From Podarcis erhardii (Eukaryota), in assembly GCA_964252035.1 (NCBI GenBank), contig OZ176201.1: 64,000 bases of DNA; one strand, 5' to 3'. Under the pieces are notes generated by a model. That model was not told the origin of the DNA. It saw nothing but the letters and a program-made list of their open reading frames with translations, and did no database searches. Position numbers and translations under genes: made by a program. Below, piece after piece: positions 52,031 to 64,000 of this stretch (within the stretch, counting starts at the first letter, position 1; every line of letters begins with the position of its first letter).

Positions 52031-52301
52031 GGGGCAATTTTAAAAATCTGTTATATGCAATAAATCTGTTGCATTTATTGTCTTTTGTTTTGTTGTTAAG
52101 TCACATGGTGGTGGTTGTTTTTTTATTTTGATTTTTTTTTTAAAGCTGTAAAGCTAACAACAATAAATAAATATCTTATTTGTATTGCCAGGATTACAGG
52201 AAAATTAAAGATGACATAGCAAAAACTGGAGAAGAAGCAAAACAAATGAGAGTTATTTCAGGGACTGGAGTACAATGAGACAGGGAAGACTACGATCTTA
52301 C

Positions 52302-52485
52302 CTGATCTGGGCCCTTGTCAAACATTTTCCTTGTCCTAGGAAACTGGTGGGAGTGTGGAGTGTATTGCACCCCCATGTTGCCCACATTTGCAGGTCTTAC
52401 AGATGACAGGTCCCGGTTGACGGGCTGCTTTGTCACATCATTAGTCAAGCTGGAGCTACTGGTGCTGGTGGTTGGTGGAGATCCT
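52302..52485 (-). CDS. RPTOR: RPTOR exon ~23 (184 nt)
   Basis: GSPPTTSTSSSSLTNDVTKQPVNRDLSSVRPANVGNMGVQYTPHSHQFPRTRKMFDKGPDQ; acceptor ttctag, donor gtaaga. It is not in the ORF track's frames. Confidence 0.98.
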
Positions 52486-53628
52486 CTAGAAATGGGAAAT
52501 CAAATATGGGTGGAAATATTGCTGTACTGGATATCGTTTTACCAGCAGAGTATGAAATCAGACTGCTGCAGAAGATGGCCTTTTGCAACTACAAATTTAA
52601 GTTTTCTCTGTCACTTTCCACTTTATTTATTCTTGTGGGTGAAGCCATTCTGTTTTTCAACACTAGGTGCTTTTCCACCCCACCCCCCAAGTGGTACCAG
52701 TTGGCCTTTGGCCAGTTGAGATTATAAAGGGAAAACTGACATTTGAAATTAACGTTGGAAATCCCTGCGGAAGCCTTGATGCAGCAGTTGTAAAATCATG
52801 TCCCCCTATCTGCAACCCTTCTCTGACAGAAGGGTTACTAAGCACAAATGAAGAACGTATGTTCTGAGAAACTTTTTCCACTTCTAATTAGTACCTAAAA
52901 GCCATGCATTATATTTGGTGCATTATCCCCTACCCCACAATCTCACAATCTGGAACTGAGTCAGACCATTCATGTGACTGGCACCTGCAACAATTCTCCA
53001 GGGTTTCAGACTGTGGTCTCCCAGCCTTATTTGGAGATAACCAGGGCCTGAATCTAGGAGCTTGCGCAGTCAAAGCAGATGCTCTACTACAGAGTTATGG
53101 TCATTCAAAAACCAAGAAAAAGTGTGTATCCTATAATGTCTGAAGGGTAGCATTTTAAATAACTGAATATAAGTTTTAGGAAACAGACAATGCAACAACT
53201 TCCCAATACATTCTCCTAGCCTCAGGGAGGGAAAAACCATTTGTGTCACATTTCAGACATTATAGGATGAGATCAACACTTTTTCCAACACAGAGATTAA
53301 TCTCCTCCTTTGATGGCTTCAACAGAGTTACGTAGGACACTGTATATGTCACTTCTGACTAACTTTTGGCAAAGGGATTTGATAGCATCTCTAATGTGGG
53401 ATGAGTCAGGGTCAGTTTAGAGGGATACTTTTGCAGTGTTGCAGCCTTCATTGCAAGGATTGTCAGATCAGTTTTACAGAGAGAGAAATTTGTCCTAAAT
53501 TGTCCCCTTATGTGAAATATAGCTTACCTCTCCAGACAGCTGAATGTCTGCATGGCACACAGATACACACTGCTCCTTAAGCACAAAATCAGCTATGAAT
53601 AACAAGGGATTTAAGATGTAGTACTTAC

Positions 53629-53732
53629 CCCACTTGGTGTATGTGCATGCCCTTGTTGGTAGGACTGGCTGGAGCAGACTGTGTGAGGGAAGAAGTATCA
53701 AGGATGCGCTGGGGGCGGGCATTTACCGTCGC
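53629..53732 (-). CDS. RPTOR: RPTOR exon ~22 (104 nt), phospho-linker
   Basis: ATVNARPQRILDTSSLTQSAPASPTNKGMHIHQV(G); acceptor tcctag, donor gtaagt. Confidence 0.98.
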
Positions 53733-53912
53733 CTAGGAAAGAAAGAATGGAAAAACTGAGAAAGAACAAATGCCAATCATAGGAATAAAATTATTTTTAC
53801 CACCAGGAATAACCTTACTGAACCTCAATATCAATGGTGGGAAGTGGAAGCAGTCTTCAGCATTGCTATAGTATTGCTATACAACTTAGATATATGCACT
53901 TACGACATAAGG

Positions 53913-54030
53913 CAGGCATGGCCAAACTTGGCTCTCCAGTTGTTTTGGGACTACAACTCCCAACATCCCTAACTAACAGGACCAGTGGTCAGGGATGATG
54001 GGAATTGTAGTCCCAAAACAGCTAGAGGAC
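53913..54030. mobile_element. Short palindromic hAT-type MITE, right end lost
   Basis: caggcatggccaaac..tgttttgggactacaactccc / gggaattgtagtcccaaaaca. Confidence 0.75.
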
Positions 54031-56064
54031 CTGACCTAAGGGTTCATCTGATGCCTATTAATAAAAGGTTCCTAATTCATATGCAAGATATAATATGTTA
54101 ACATTTGCATTGGTACTTTGGGGGCAGGGTTTGGCAATGGAAAACAGGCAAATGAGGTTACCTTTATAAAATAAAAAACTCATTAAAATGACCAATCTGA
54201 CCAAAATGCCCAACTTGAACTTGATGCCTCAGCAAAAGTCCCTTCCAATATACTGTGGCGACAGATTACCAGAAACTAGAACATTCAAATCTGCAAACAA
54301 ATGGACAAATGGTGCTTTATAAAAGTAGCTTAACCCACCTGAAACCATAGATGGAATAAAATTCCCTCTGCGTTCAGGGGAGAAAAACTACTTTCTGACC
54401 TCATAACTGGAGGCACTTCCCCCCAAATTCACTTGAGATACTGGGCTGGCGTGAGGTAATAGATGCTGAGGCAATAACTTCAGAAACAACAGCAGCAATA
54501 ACTTTAAAACCAACAACAACCATAACAACAAAGAAGCAGGAAAATATGTGCAGCAGCTCTTGCAATTCCCAAAAGGTATTCAGATAAGCTTCTTTCACTG
54601 CCTTTAGAAATCTTAGATAAGGGAGAGATGGGAACAACAGGCAAAGAAGTGTGAAAAACCAGGCTTCTTATTCAGCAGACACTTCACTTATAGGGGTGTG
54701 TCAAATCCAAAAGAGACTGAAACTATGACCATTAAGATCTCTGCAGTTTACGCAAAAGGTGTAAAGAGCCACTGACAAGGCATTTGGGAACTCGGGGAAA
54801 TAAATAGCACGAACAGCAGGCCATTTTCCAATTGTACCTGCATTTGCACTTTACACCCAAAATTGCTGGGTGCAAACTGGATGATTGCAGCAGCCGTGCT
54901 TGAGGGCACATATTGCCTCTCTCCTTCAGATTTCACCTTGTTGAGCCGGCCTTTTGAGGCAGTTTTCTTCTCTCCTCCCCAGCTCATTAGGAAAAGGTTC
55001 AAGGCCATCACTAGCACTATACCCTTGATCGGGGAAATTGCAGTTGATGTAATAACAGCCACATCTATAAGAGTGAGAAGCTGCTGCTGGAACAGCCAGC
55101 GTGACAGGTTACATCTTGGGATCAAATTGGCTCTCCATCATGTCTTAGATGGTTATGGAATTTGTGTAGCAGTAAATTATATTTTTGAAACCCTTATTGT
55201 CTAACGCTTATTCCCCTGCTGATTCTCTTCTGTTGAGGACATGCAGTTATTAAAACCCAGAACCTTTATATGGTCTTCTAGGACCGGACAAAAGATTCTT
55301 CTCCTTCTGACCCTCATCAGTGGTGTAGGCTAGTTTCTTCACAGGGAACCTGCAAATCACACCAGAACTGGAAACATACTTTATGTTTCCCAATATTCCA
55401 AAGAAATACTCAAAGGCTTTTAGTTATAGGTTACATCCAGGATGCATCCATATATTGTTGGATTCCATGGTCAAAGGTCAGGGGTGGTTGAAGCTATAAA
55501 GCTGTAGTCTAGCAACACCTGGAGGGCCACAGATTAGCTTGCAATATGGAAGGCACTTATGTTAACATAGGAGGAAACAGCTTTCCTTCCTTCTCTGCAA
55601 ATAAAACTGACTTCAGGAAGCTAGGAGACCTTTTAGGGAGGCTTTTCAGAGGACAGCTTTCTGCAGCAGGAACTTTGGATCGGAACTGAAATATTTAGCA
55701 TTAATAACAATATTGTTATGACTCGAACAACAGTATTTGTCTGTGTTTGGTGGTACACAATACTGAAAGAAGAGAAGATGTTTAGGCCCCTAAACTGTTT
55801 GCCCTAACACCACAGCCAAGATGTACAGCAGCTTCTGAAGCAATACATCCCTTCCAGTAGCTCAAGGCCTTGTGAATACTCTTGTTATATATTCTGATGT
55901 CAAATGTTTGCAATCTTGCTAATCTGGAGGGAAAATCTTTTGACATGCTGGTTTGGAATTATTCATAGGAAAGAAGGGGAGACAAATGTATGATTGTATA
56001 TATAATTAAAGTAGTTTGTAGGTAGTCCCTTACAGCTAAATTTAGAAACTTAAAATAAGGAAAA

Positions 56065-56420
56065 GGGATGTGGGTGGCGCTGTGGGTTAAACCACAGAGC
56101 CTAGGACTTGCCGATCAAAAGGTCAGTGGTTCAAATCCCCGCGACGGGGTGAGCTCCCGTTGCTCGGTCCCTGCTCCTGCCAACGAGCAGTTCGAAAGCA
56201 CGTCAAAGTGCAAGTAGATAAATAGGTACCGCTCCGGCGGGAAGGTAAACGGCATTTCCGTGTGCTGCTCTGGTTCGCCAGAAGCAGCTTAGTCATGCTG
56301 GCCACATGACCCGGAAGCTGTATGCCGGCTCCCTCGGCCAATAAAGCGAGATGAGCGCCGCAACCCCAGAGTCAGCCACGACTGGACCTAATGGTCAGGG
56401 GTCCCTTCACCTTTACCTTT
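56065..56420 (+). mobile_element. Sauria SINE, full length, opposite orientation to the other four
   Basis: Pol III A box TGGCGCTGTGG (56075-56085) and B box GGTTCAAATCC (56128-56138); acctttaccttt tail; TSD ttaaaa(t/c)aaggaa. Confidence 0.95.
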
Positions 56421-59400
56421 AAAACAAGGAATGTTGACAGCCTGGGTAGACAGGGCCAAGGAACACAAACACTTTAGTGTGCCAACATGTACACTGCCAT
56501 TGTGTATATTTCAATTCTACCCAGAATGAAAGTTAATTCATTGAACAGAGCCAAACCTTACTGTTTTGGTGCATGTATAGAGTCATGCAGCTAATCCTAA
56601 CTTTCAGTGCAAGTCCACATTTTATTAGCTTCTTAAAAAAGACAGGCAGGGCAAACTTAAATGAACATTTTGATGTGTTGATGAAAAGTTTCCATTTTTA
56701 CCATGGTAATTGGCCTTGCAATGCTTCAAGATAAGAGTTCACATGATTTAGGAGTGAGTTTTGGATTGATGGGTGTTTAGTGTGTATCATACTTCATGTG
56801 ATGGGCAGCATTCTATGTTGTTTGGGGTCTGCTATGCCAGTTAAATTTTATAATGGACCAATGGCTGTATAAAATAAAGCTGATCTGATGCTTCAAGATC
56901 AAGTGTATCATACTTCACATCTTTTCAGGAACATAGCAAGTAGGAATCTCTGCTAGAAACGCTCTGGAATATTCATACCATCATTCCAGGTGCTAAAATA
57001 TAACATAATATTTTTACAACCACATCAAAATAGTTGTCCCACTGGAAGCCCTCTGTGATGAATGAAATTTGCTCAACAGCAAAAGCACAATTCAACCTAT
57101 GCTGAGTTGTCAAATCATCCTAAATTTTAAAAAGCAGAGATGAGAGATAAAGGTTGTATGGTCGGTCACTATAATGAAATGCCATAAAACTAGAACCTAG
57201 GCAATGATGTAATGGTCTGAGATGCATGAGATCTACCATGACTTCAAAAGGGTAGATTCAAGCACAAGCTGCAACCGTTTATGAAGTTTACTTATAATAA
57301 ACATATGAATCGACACTTTATAATGAACCTTTGCTGACCTATCACAAGTGCAGATACCCTGTCTGCTCAGCAATACCAGTAATCATCACGAGGTAAACAC
57401 AATCAGTGCTCAATGTTATGTCAGCACTGTTTCATGGGACACGCAAGAGGTCACTGCAACAGTTCCTTTTACTATATGATAACTGTCAGTTATGTATCAA
57501 ACACTTAGGTTTCCACTGCATTTCCCATTCCACCACAGAATGCTCAACAACACCCTGCCAAAAAGCGTAGCCATTTTCTGTTGTCTTCTTTATGGAGCCA
57601 AGAAAATGCATAGTACATTCTGGGATGTGATCCAGAAATTCTTGTGTGAGCAGAAAACATCTATTACCACCAGGTTAAAAGACTATCTGAACAAGTATGC
57701 CAAATGTGAAATGCCACAATTTATTTATTCTACATGATGTTGTAAAAGCTCAAAGAGTAGGAGACACAAAGGATGAATGGCAGGTGAATAATTGGCAGCA
57801 GCTAAAATCCTTGGCCACAAAGAACACTTTCTGCTCCCTTTACTATTTCCCAATCCCTGGTTTCTGCAGTCACACATATTAACCTTATCATATTTGCAAA
57901 TTCTAAGGCCATCTGGACTTGAGCTATCCCAAGCTTCTTTGACTGTTGTGGGACATGGCCTCTCCCCTTCCAAGTCTGAGGACCTGCACAATTGCCATGG
58001 GTTTTCCTTAGCGATACAACCACAAAGCATTTGGGTTGTGTGTGTGTGTAATTTATTTGTAAGCTAAGGAAATGGTTCCCTCCAAAATATGGTGATGTAT
58101 ATCATATAAAGAATAAAGTATAAACAGAAATGCAGGTTGTAGTGTCCAGAAATATAATGAAATTTTTATTTACCTGGTGATGCTATTCAAAGGGAATACT
58201 GCCCATCCATAATTATGATGAAGAAGTCACAATATGACTCCTCTTCCTCCTCTTCCGCCTTCAGAAACAAATAGCACATGCATGCCTACCAACCATATAA
58301 AATGTGGTACTGCCTGGACACCTCAGCTTCTATCATATCAAGTTTGGCACTTTCAAGATGGAGAGAAAAGGCAACTTTGACAGAGATGGTAGATAATACC
58401 ACTATTCATTGATTGCTGTCTGAGCTCTCTTTGAATGAGCATATATAACCACTTATTGGAAGACCTTGCTTCTAAGCCATGCCAATGCCACTAGTTCCAA
58501 AATGGTTCAAGTATGATCATACCAAACCCATTAACTGATTTGGCAGCAGCAACTGTATAACCAAAGTGAACGATGGGAAAAGCGAATCATATGGCTGAGT
58601 AGTGCTTCCTGTTATATATCATCTCTATATATTTCCTGGAAGTTGGGAATGGCATGGTCCATCATAGATCCTGCCCACCTTGCAATTCTGTTATGCCACA
58701 CATGAAAGTACATCAGCTTTAATTCCACTATGTGCAAATAGCCAGAGGCATCATTGAATAATTCTATTATTATACTGGTTGAAAGGAAGAGCTGTAGAAA
58801 AATCACCATGGGAAAAATTCACCACCTTAAAATGATGATGACTCAATCTGCAGGCCATGCTTGCTAAATCACCTTATTGCAAGAAAGGATTACCCAGAAC
58901 TGTCATACTCATACTCTATTGTATCTAAGTAGCAGAAACCTGGTCTACAGGTAAGTGCACTGTATATGTGCATGCATACTGTTGATCCATATTGTTGATC
59001 GCTTTATCTTATGAATGCAAGTGTAACAATGATACGAGCAAGAACAGAGATTTAAAATATAAATCTCCCCCTTCATTCATTTTCAGTATCAGGTACGAGA
59101 TTTTTCATTCCTTATGCTTAAATTCGTCTGGTACAGTGTCGTAAAACTACCCAAAGAGATTTAGCCAATCAGCTGAGATTAATCAGTGGGTCATGGGTGC
59201 CAGTAAAGAAACATTTTAAAAGAAAAAATAGCACTGTAAGGAGAACAACAGGTTTAAACAGGAGACCTCTCAGCGCACTAAAATAGTGACATCTCTCATA
59301 GCACATTTAGCCTCAAGTTCTTGAGCTACATTGTTGGAATGAATAATCAGAAAGAGATCTCACCTCATGTTGGACTGGCTCATGTTTGTTTGTTTGTTGG

Positions 59401-60516
59401 AGCAACCAGAAGGGCTTGAGCCAAGAACATAAGAAAGACAATATCCAAATAGCCCCTAGCTGCAATCTAGAGAGTGATGGGGGTAGTATTTTCAAGAGCA
59501 AATATTATCTAAATGTTTAGGTAGTGCTTTGTTTGTGGTAGAAGATTTGTTATCACAAGTGATTTCCAAAACAGCCCAGTTATCAACACTATTTGAGCTA
59601 ATAATTCCAAAAACAGCAGTGATGGCAGCCTTTGGAGTGAAACACACATCATCCTTGCAAAATGAAGAATAGCAATAATGGTGGTGCTTTCAATCCATAC
59701 AGGAGAAGTGAGGAGTGGGATGGGGTGTCTGCATGCTGACTCACATGTACTAGATCACCTGCACTGGGCAGCAGTTGTGGCTTCAATCTGCAATCCAGTC
59801 TTACTCTCACTTGCATAATCTAAATGAGTTTGCAAAGAAAATAACCAAAACCGCAAGTCAAATTTACTAGCTAGACATTAAAGGAAAGCCCTATCTACAG
59901 GGTTATTCATGTTACATAATTCAGTTCCTTCTAATAACTGCTACCTTCCTGCTAGCAATTGCCTATTACGTTCTTCTGGAGCTGTTTGAGCATCTACTCT
60001 CCTTTTTCTTTCTCCCCTCAGAGGGCAGAGTTGCAGAAGGCGAAGAAGGACAAAGTTAAGAGTTAAGTTTCAGCCCCTCCACAAAAGCAGAGCTGAACTA
60101 GGATGAATAGCTGTATATTGTGTTTTTGGGAAGGGGACTGCTACAGGAAATCAGAATAAGTTTATTAATGGGATTAAGGCACATTCAGTCTAATAACATA
60201 ATGCATAATTTTAAAATTTCCCCTTCCCCTCTCTATGACCTGTACCTGATTTAGATTGCAAGTTTGTTTGTTTGTTTGGCAGGGTGTGGAGAATTAACTA
60301 TTTCTTTTCATTTTAAGTGCTATTCTTCAGGCTATAGCTCTTCGATTAAAGTAGACTATAAATAAAAAGTAACAACCAAAATAAGCAAATTTATGTGAGA
60401 ATCTATTCTACAAGCTCTCACTGACTGGTAACATTATTACAGAAAGCCTTCCAAAAGGAGAAGTGCAAGAGCCACTTATTTATAGTTTGCGAAATCTTGA
60501 GAACTCAATAGTTTAC

Positions 60517-60635
60517 CTTGTAAGCAATGCTGTTGAGCACTTTCATAGCCAAATCCGAAACATCTGGGTATGGGTCAGCAGCCAAGTGTAAGAGGACTCT
60601 CCAAATCTGTGTGTAAACACTGTTGAAAGAAACTC
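60517..60635 (-). CDS. RPTOR: RPTOR exon ~21 (119 nt)
   Basis: (G)VSFNSVYTQIWRVLLHLAADPYPDVSDLAMKVLNSIAYK; acceptor ttctag, donor gtaaac. Confidence 0.98.
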
Positions 60636-61850
60636 CTAGAAGCAAAAGGGAAAAAAAGGAATGTACTTCTGAATTAAATCCTATGGCCAATTTATCATAT
60701 TATATACTGATCTTATAACTGTGACAATGTCCCAGACTCAGTATTATTATTTACGGTTATTATTTATATAACAGCATCAGGATATATGCCGGTTTGCATA
60801 TATTCACAGGCAAAAGATAAATCCCTGCCAGAAGGAGATTACAATCTCTTTAATTAATGAGTATGCTTTCAATTTACTACTAGACATAGAGACTCAGAGG
60901 TCAAATTATAAATGCTAATAGAGTCTAGTTGTATGACTGGTAATGATTCCTGGACATGTTATTTTACTTGAATATGAGCACATTAGCAGTCTCAAATAAT
61001 CTACAACCCAGATTTTGACTGTATTTCATAACTGTGACAGGATCTTTGAAAGCTGAGCTCTCTTATTCATTTAAGATAGATGCTGTAATATGATGAAAAT
61101 GATTTTTTTTAAAAAAAAACACACACCAACAGTCATAACTAATTGCTAATGAAATGGTACTGTTATTTCCCCAGGAGAATATGAAAAACAATACACACTG
61201 GAAAGAAAATCCCTCTCATCAGTATTGTGATTGCACCTAACATAATTTTTACACAATGTTTGGGGCAAAATAATGACTTCTGATAGTTTAGTTGTGAACT
61301 TTTGCCCAATGACTTAGTCAGATATGTATGGACTACACCCTCATTTATGTCTCTGCCTTGGTTAAATGGGTCAGTTTCCTTTTTGACAGGTAAAAAAGCT
61401 TTCAGCCTAACTTCTTGACTTTTCACTTGCTCATGCAGATCAAATTATTGTTTGATTGCCTGACACACAATAGATTTAGCAGTACATGTTCTAGCAAAAC
61501 TTAATATTAGCTCCTCTTCACCATGTCGCAAAGGCAACCCTTTTCAAACTTCATGGTCCCATTCCTTTTCTGTATTTACCCAGGTGAGATGTGTGAGATG
61601 TTGGTGAGGAAGCCACTTCAATTACTTCAGATTGTAGGTAGGTTACAAATAAATGTACAAAGAGCGATATCCAAACTAAGTCATAATCAGATAAGATCCA
61701 CTGAAATTGTCCACTTGTTTCAATGGGTCTGCTCTGAATAATACAGATAATCATCAAAATGTAACAAACTACAGCCTGGCCATTGCTGCAACCATGCACA
61801 GAAGCATCTAGGCATCTCTTCCCATGCTTCCTAGTCCACCTGGATACAGC

Positions 61851-61985
61851 CAGGATTAATGAATGTGGTGTCCTCCAGATGTTTTGGACTGCAACTCCTA
61901 TCTGTCCCAGGTAGCATGGTCAATATACAGGGATGATGGGAGTTGTAGTCTATATTATCTGGGAGGGGATGGTTACCCCGGCCTA
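61851..61985. mobile_element. Short palindromic hAT-type MITE, degenerate
   Basis: tcctccagatgttttggactgcaactcc / gggagttgtagtc..atctgggagg. Confidence 0.65.
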
Positions 61986-64000
61986 ACTTTTCCTTTGCAA
62001 TATGATACCAAAATCTTTACATTCCCCTGTTTAAAACTTGCTCACTTGCTTAGTACTTGCTCCACCAACTGTGTGAAGAGACTTTTTGTTTAAAGGTGCC
62101 CAGCTTGCTTTAGCAGTCATGGACTCTGACTGAGTGCGGGAGACAGAGGTTCCACTGAACTGAATCAGAGGAGGACAACATGATCTTCTTGGGCTGTAGA
62201 GGTACTGGTGCAACGGGCTTCTCTTGCACAAATGCTTCTTAGTATGTAATCTGGGGTTGGTCCTGAGAGCAATTCACTCTCCCATCTTGAATCCCCAGCC
62301 TCATCCAGCTGAATAAGGGGAGTCTGACCCCAGGGTCATGACAAAGCTCAGTTTTGGCTAGTATCTTCTCACCCTATTTAGTCTAGAACTTTCTGCACAC
62401 AATTTGTATCTTTTGTTGTGCCAGACTTGAGATCATAGAACAAACCTGACTTTTGGCACGTGTGTTCTGGAAGGCACAGGAAAAAATGATGAAAGTCAAG
62501 AAGATGCCAGCTGTCAATGCATCAGGCAGCTTGTACCACCAGGAGAGCTCTCTACAGCCCTCTTCTCCCTGATCAGCATTCTGCCTCCTGTGCTCTTAGT
62601 TCTGTGCAGAAAGTTACATAAGGACTTCTGGGAAATCTCAACTGTTTGAGATTCCTTTTAAAGTTCATGAAAGACCAGGGGTGAGGTGGAGAAGGAATCT
62701 GTGTTTCAGTATTCCAGCACTCTGTACTAACACACACCAGCACTCTCTTATGACAGAAAAAGAAAGAGCGAGCTCACACAAAAGACTTGGTTTTAATATA
62801 TCTGATCTTTTTTTCAAAACGGAATTCACCACTGCAATTCCTCATTCACTCACTCGCTGAGGAGAACAGAGGGAATTTCTATGAAGAATTTTTTGACTCA
62901 TTAGAAAGTGTACCCCCCTACCTCCCTATACATTATTTTATTTTATCCCCCCCCCCCTTTAGTGAAAGGATTGCTCATAGCACTGATTCACATGAATGAC
63001 ACATCCGAAATTGCTTCGTGTCAAGCTTGAACCAACTGAGTCAGTGTGCTGATGAAAGGAAATACTAGCAGCAGGGGGGGTGGGGAAGCTTTTGTACTTC
63101 TGCATAATGGAGTACAATAATAAATAAAAAAGGGATGCAGAAACAAAGCATGAGGAAGGAGTGTTATACGCTGCAAGTTCATCTAAAATGACAGCTCTGT
63201 AATTAGCTGGGCCAATTCAACACTGGTTAAATGGACCTTGCAGTACAGAGTTGCAAAATGATTCCTTTTAGCAATGAACATGGGAAGTAAATTGCCTTCT
63301 TCATTGATAGTTTTTGGTTTTTATTCAGATATGCATGGCTCTTCATTCAATTTAACAGCTATGATTAGGGCAGTACAAATGGTTTACATCTTTCTGCCTC
63401 ACCACCCTAAGTACTGAAAAGGGCATGGCACACAAAAGTTGAGATAACCAGTGCCTGGCTTAGTCAGAGATCAGAAGCTGGAGGAATCCAACACTGCAGT
63501 CCCTAGTTGCACAACAATGGATGGGGCCAAAATTCAGAATTTCCTCCATTCTAATTACAAACTAACCCAAGTTTGTCTTAGCCCATAATTAGCTTGCCTA
63601 AGTGTCAGTCATCTTCATATTCCCTGCTGCTTTCCTACCACCCCAAATTTACTGAGCTGGGGAGAGGGGAGAGAAAGGGTAGGTAAATTGGAGCTAAAGA
63701 AAGCTAGGGACACTGAAGAACCCACCTTTAAGTTATTATTGTGACCCTGCAACCCAGTGGAGATTAAATCAAGTTTAATTTCTTGTCTTGATGAAGGGAG
63801 GAATTTGAGCAGGGAGGAATTAAGAGCTACAGATCCCAGCATTCCTGGCAACACAACTGTGTCATCAGGAACAAAGTGAGAACCTTTTCAGATGCCAGTT
63901 TACCTCCTCTACACATACCCCTGGTAAAACTGGGAAAGGCCACAGGGAAAACTAGAGATGGTGGGAAGCTGGCAAAGGTAAAAACCAGAGCTTATTGATA

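Larger units (their letters stand above)
4051..60635 (-). other. RPTOR: RPTOR gene, partial (11 coding exons, approx. human exons 21-31); continues beyond both window ends
   Basis: Manually spliced exons (119+104+184+111+106+115+125+105+107+128+87 nt) are all GT-AG, phase-compatible and stop-free. They translate to the Raptor sequence GVSFNSVYTQIWRVLLHLAADPYP...REHTAWVVKAYLQKHPEGNIMSVS. Confidence 0.99.

Noticed and set aside
53200-53400. Possible ancient CR1 RT fragment
   Set aside because: Only vague motif resemblance by eye. It cannot be supported without a profile search.
56065-56140. tRNA gene
   Set aside because: The A/B boxes belong to the tRNA-derived head of a Sauria SINE, followed by SINE body and tail. 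No cloverleaf.
62046-62159. Possible 114-nt cassette exon in intron 20 (acceptor tcctcctctgattcag, donor CAA|gtgagc; S/T-rich ORF)
   Set aside because: The intron is phase 1. In that phase the segment hits TAA early, and the open frame is phase 0. It has no Raptor similarity, and such site pairs are common by chance.
63615-63854. ORF near the right edge as a candidate RPTOR exon 20
   Set aside because: It does not encode the expected ..MRRASSYSSLNSLI peptide. Exon 20 must lie beyond the window.
1-64000. Prokaryote-type systems (CRISPR arrays, operons, defence islands) and the many 60-140 aa ORFs in the track
   Set aside because: The DNA is vertebrate intronic sequence. No regularly spaced repeat-spacer array exists. 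The short ORFs are antisense or out-of-frame shadows of exons, SINEs, MITEs and microsatellites (e.g. poly-L/poly-Y from (AAT)n).

Overview
This is eukaryotic DNA, not prokaryotic. It is squamate and most likely a lacertid lizard, judging from POM-type Sauria SINEs, Squam3, BovB and L2. The window holds 11 consecutive coding exons of RPTOR (Raptor, the mTORC1 scaffold) on the minus strand. They correspond to human exons ~21-31 (numbering from memory) and encode the end of the armadillo/HEAT region, the phospho-regulated linker and most of the WD40 propeller. All introns are GT-AG, exon phases join into one open frame (1291 nt), and the gene extends past both window edges. The rest is intronic: five Sauria SINEs, a young 5'-truncated L2, a 5'-inverted BovB nested in an old CR1, an RTE-1 fragment, Tc1/mariner-type and hAT MITEs, palindromic elements and microsatellites. 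Almost all ORFs in the supplied track are spurious. I cannot demonstrate a new biological system. The best leads are (i) an inverted SINE pair around the phase-0 exon 22-23 block, which predicts a stop-free 288-nt circRNA or an in-frame skip, (ii) a 63-bp copy of exon 27 pasted into intron 25, and (iii) the twin-priming-like BovB with a templated junction. Identities were judged by eye and repeat family names come from recall, not database searches.
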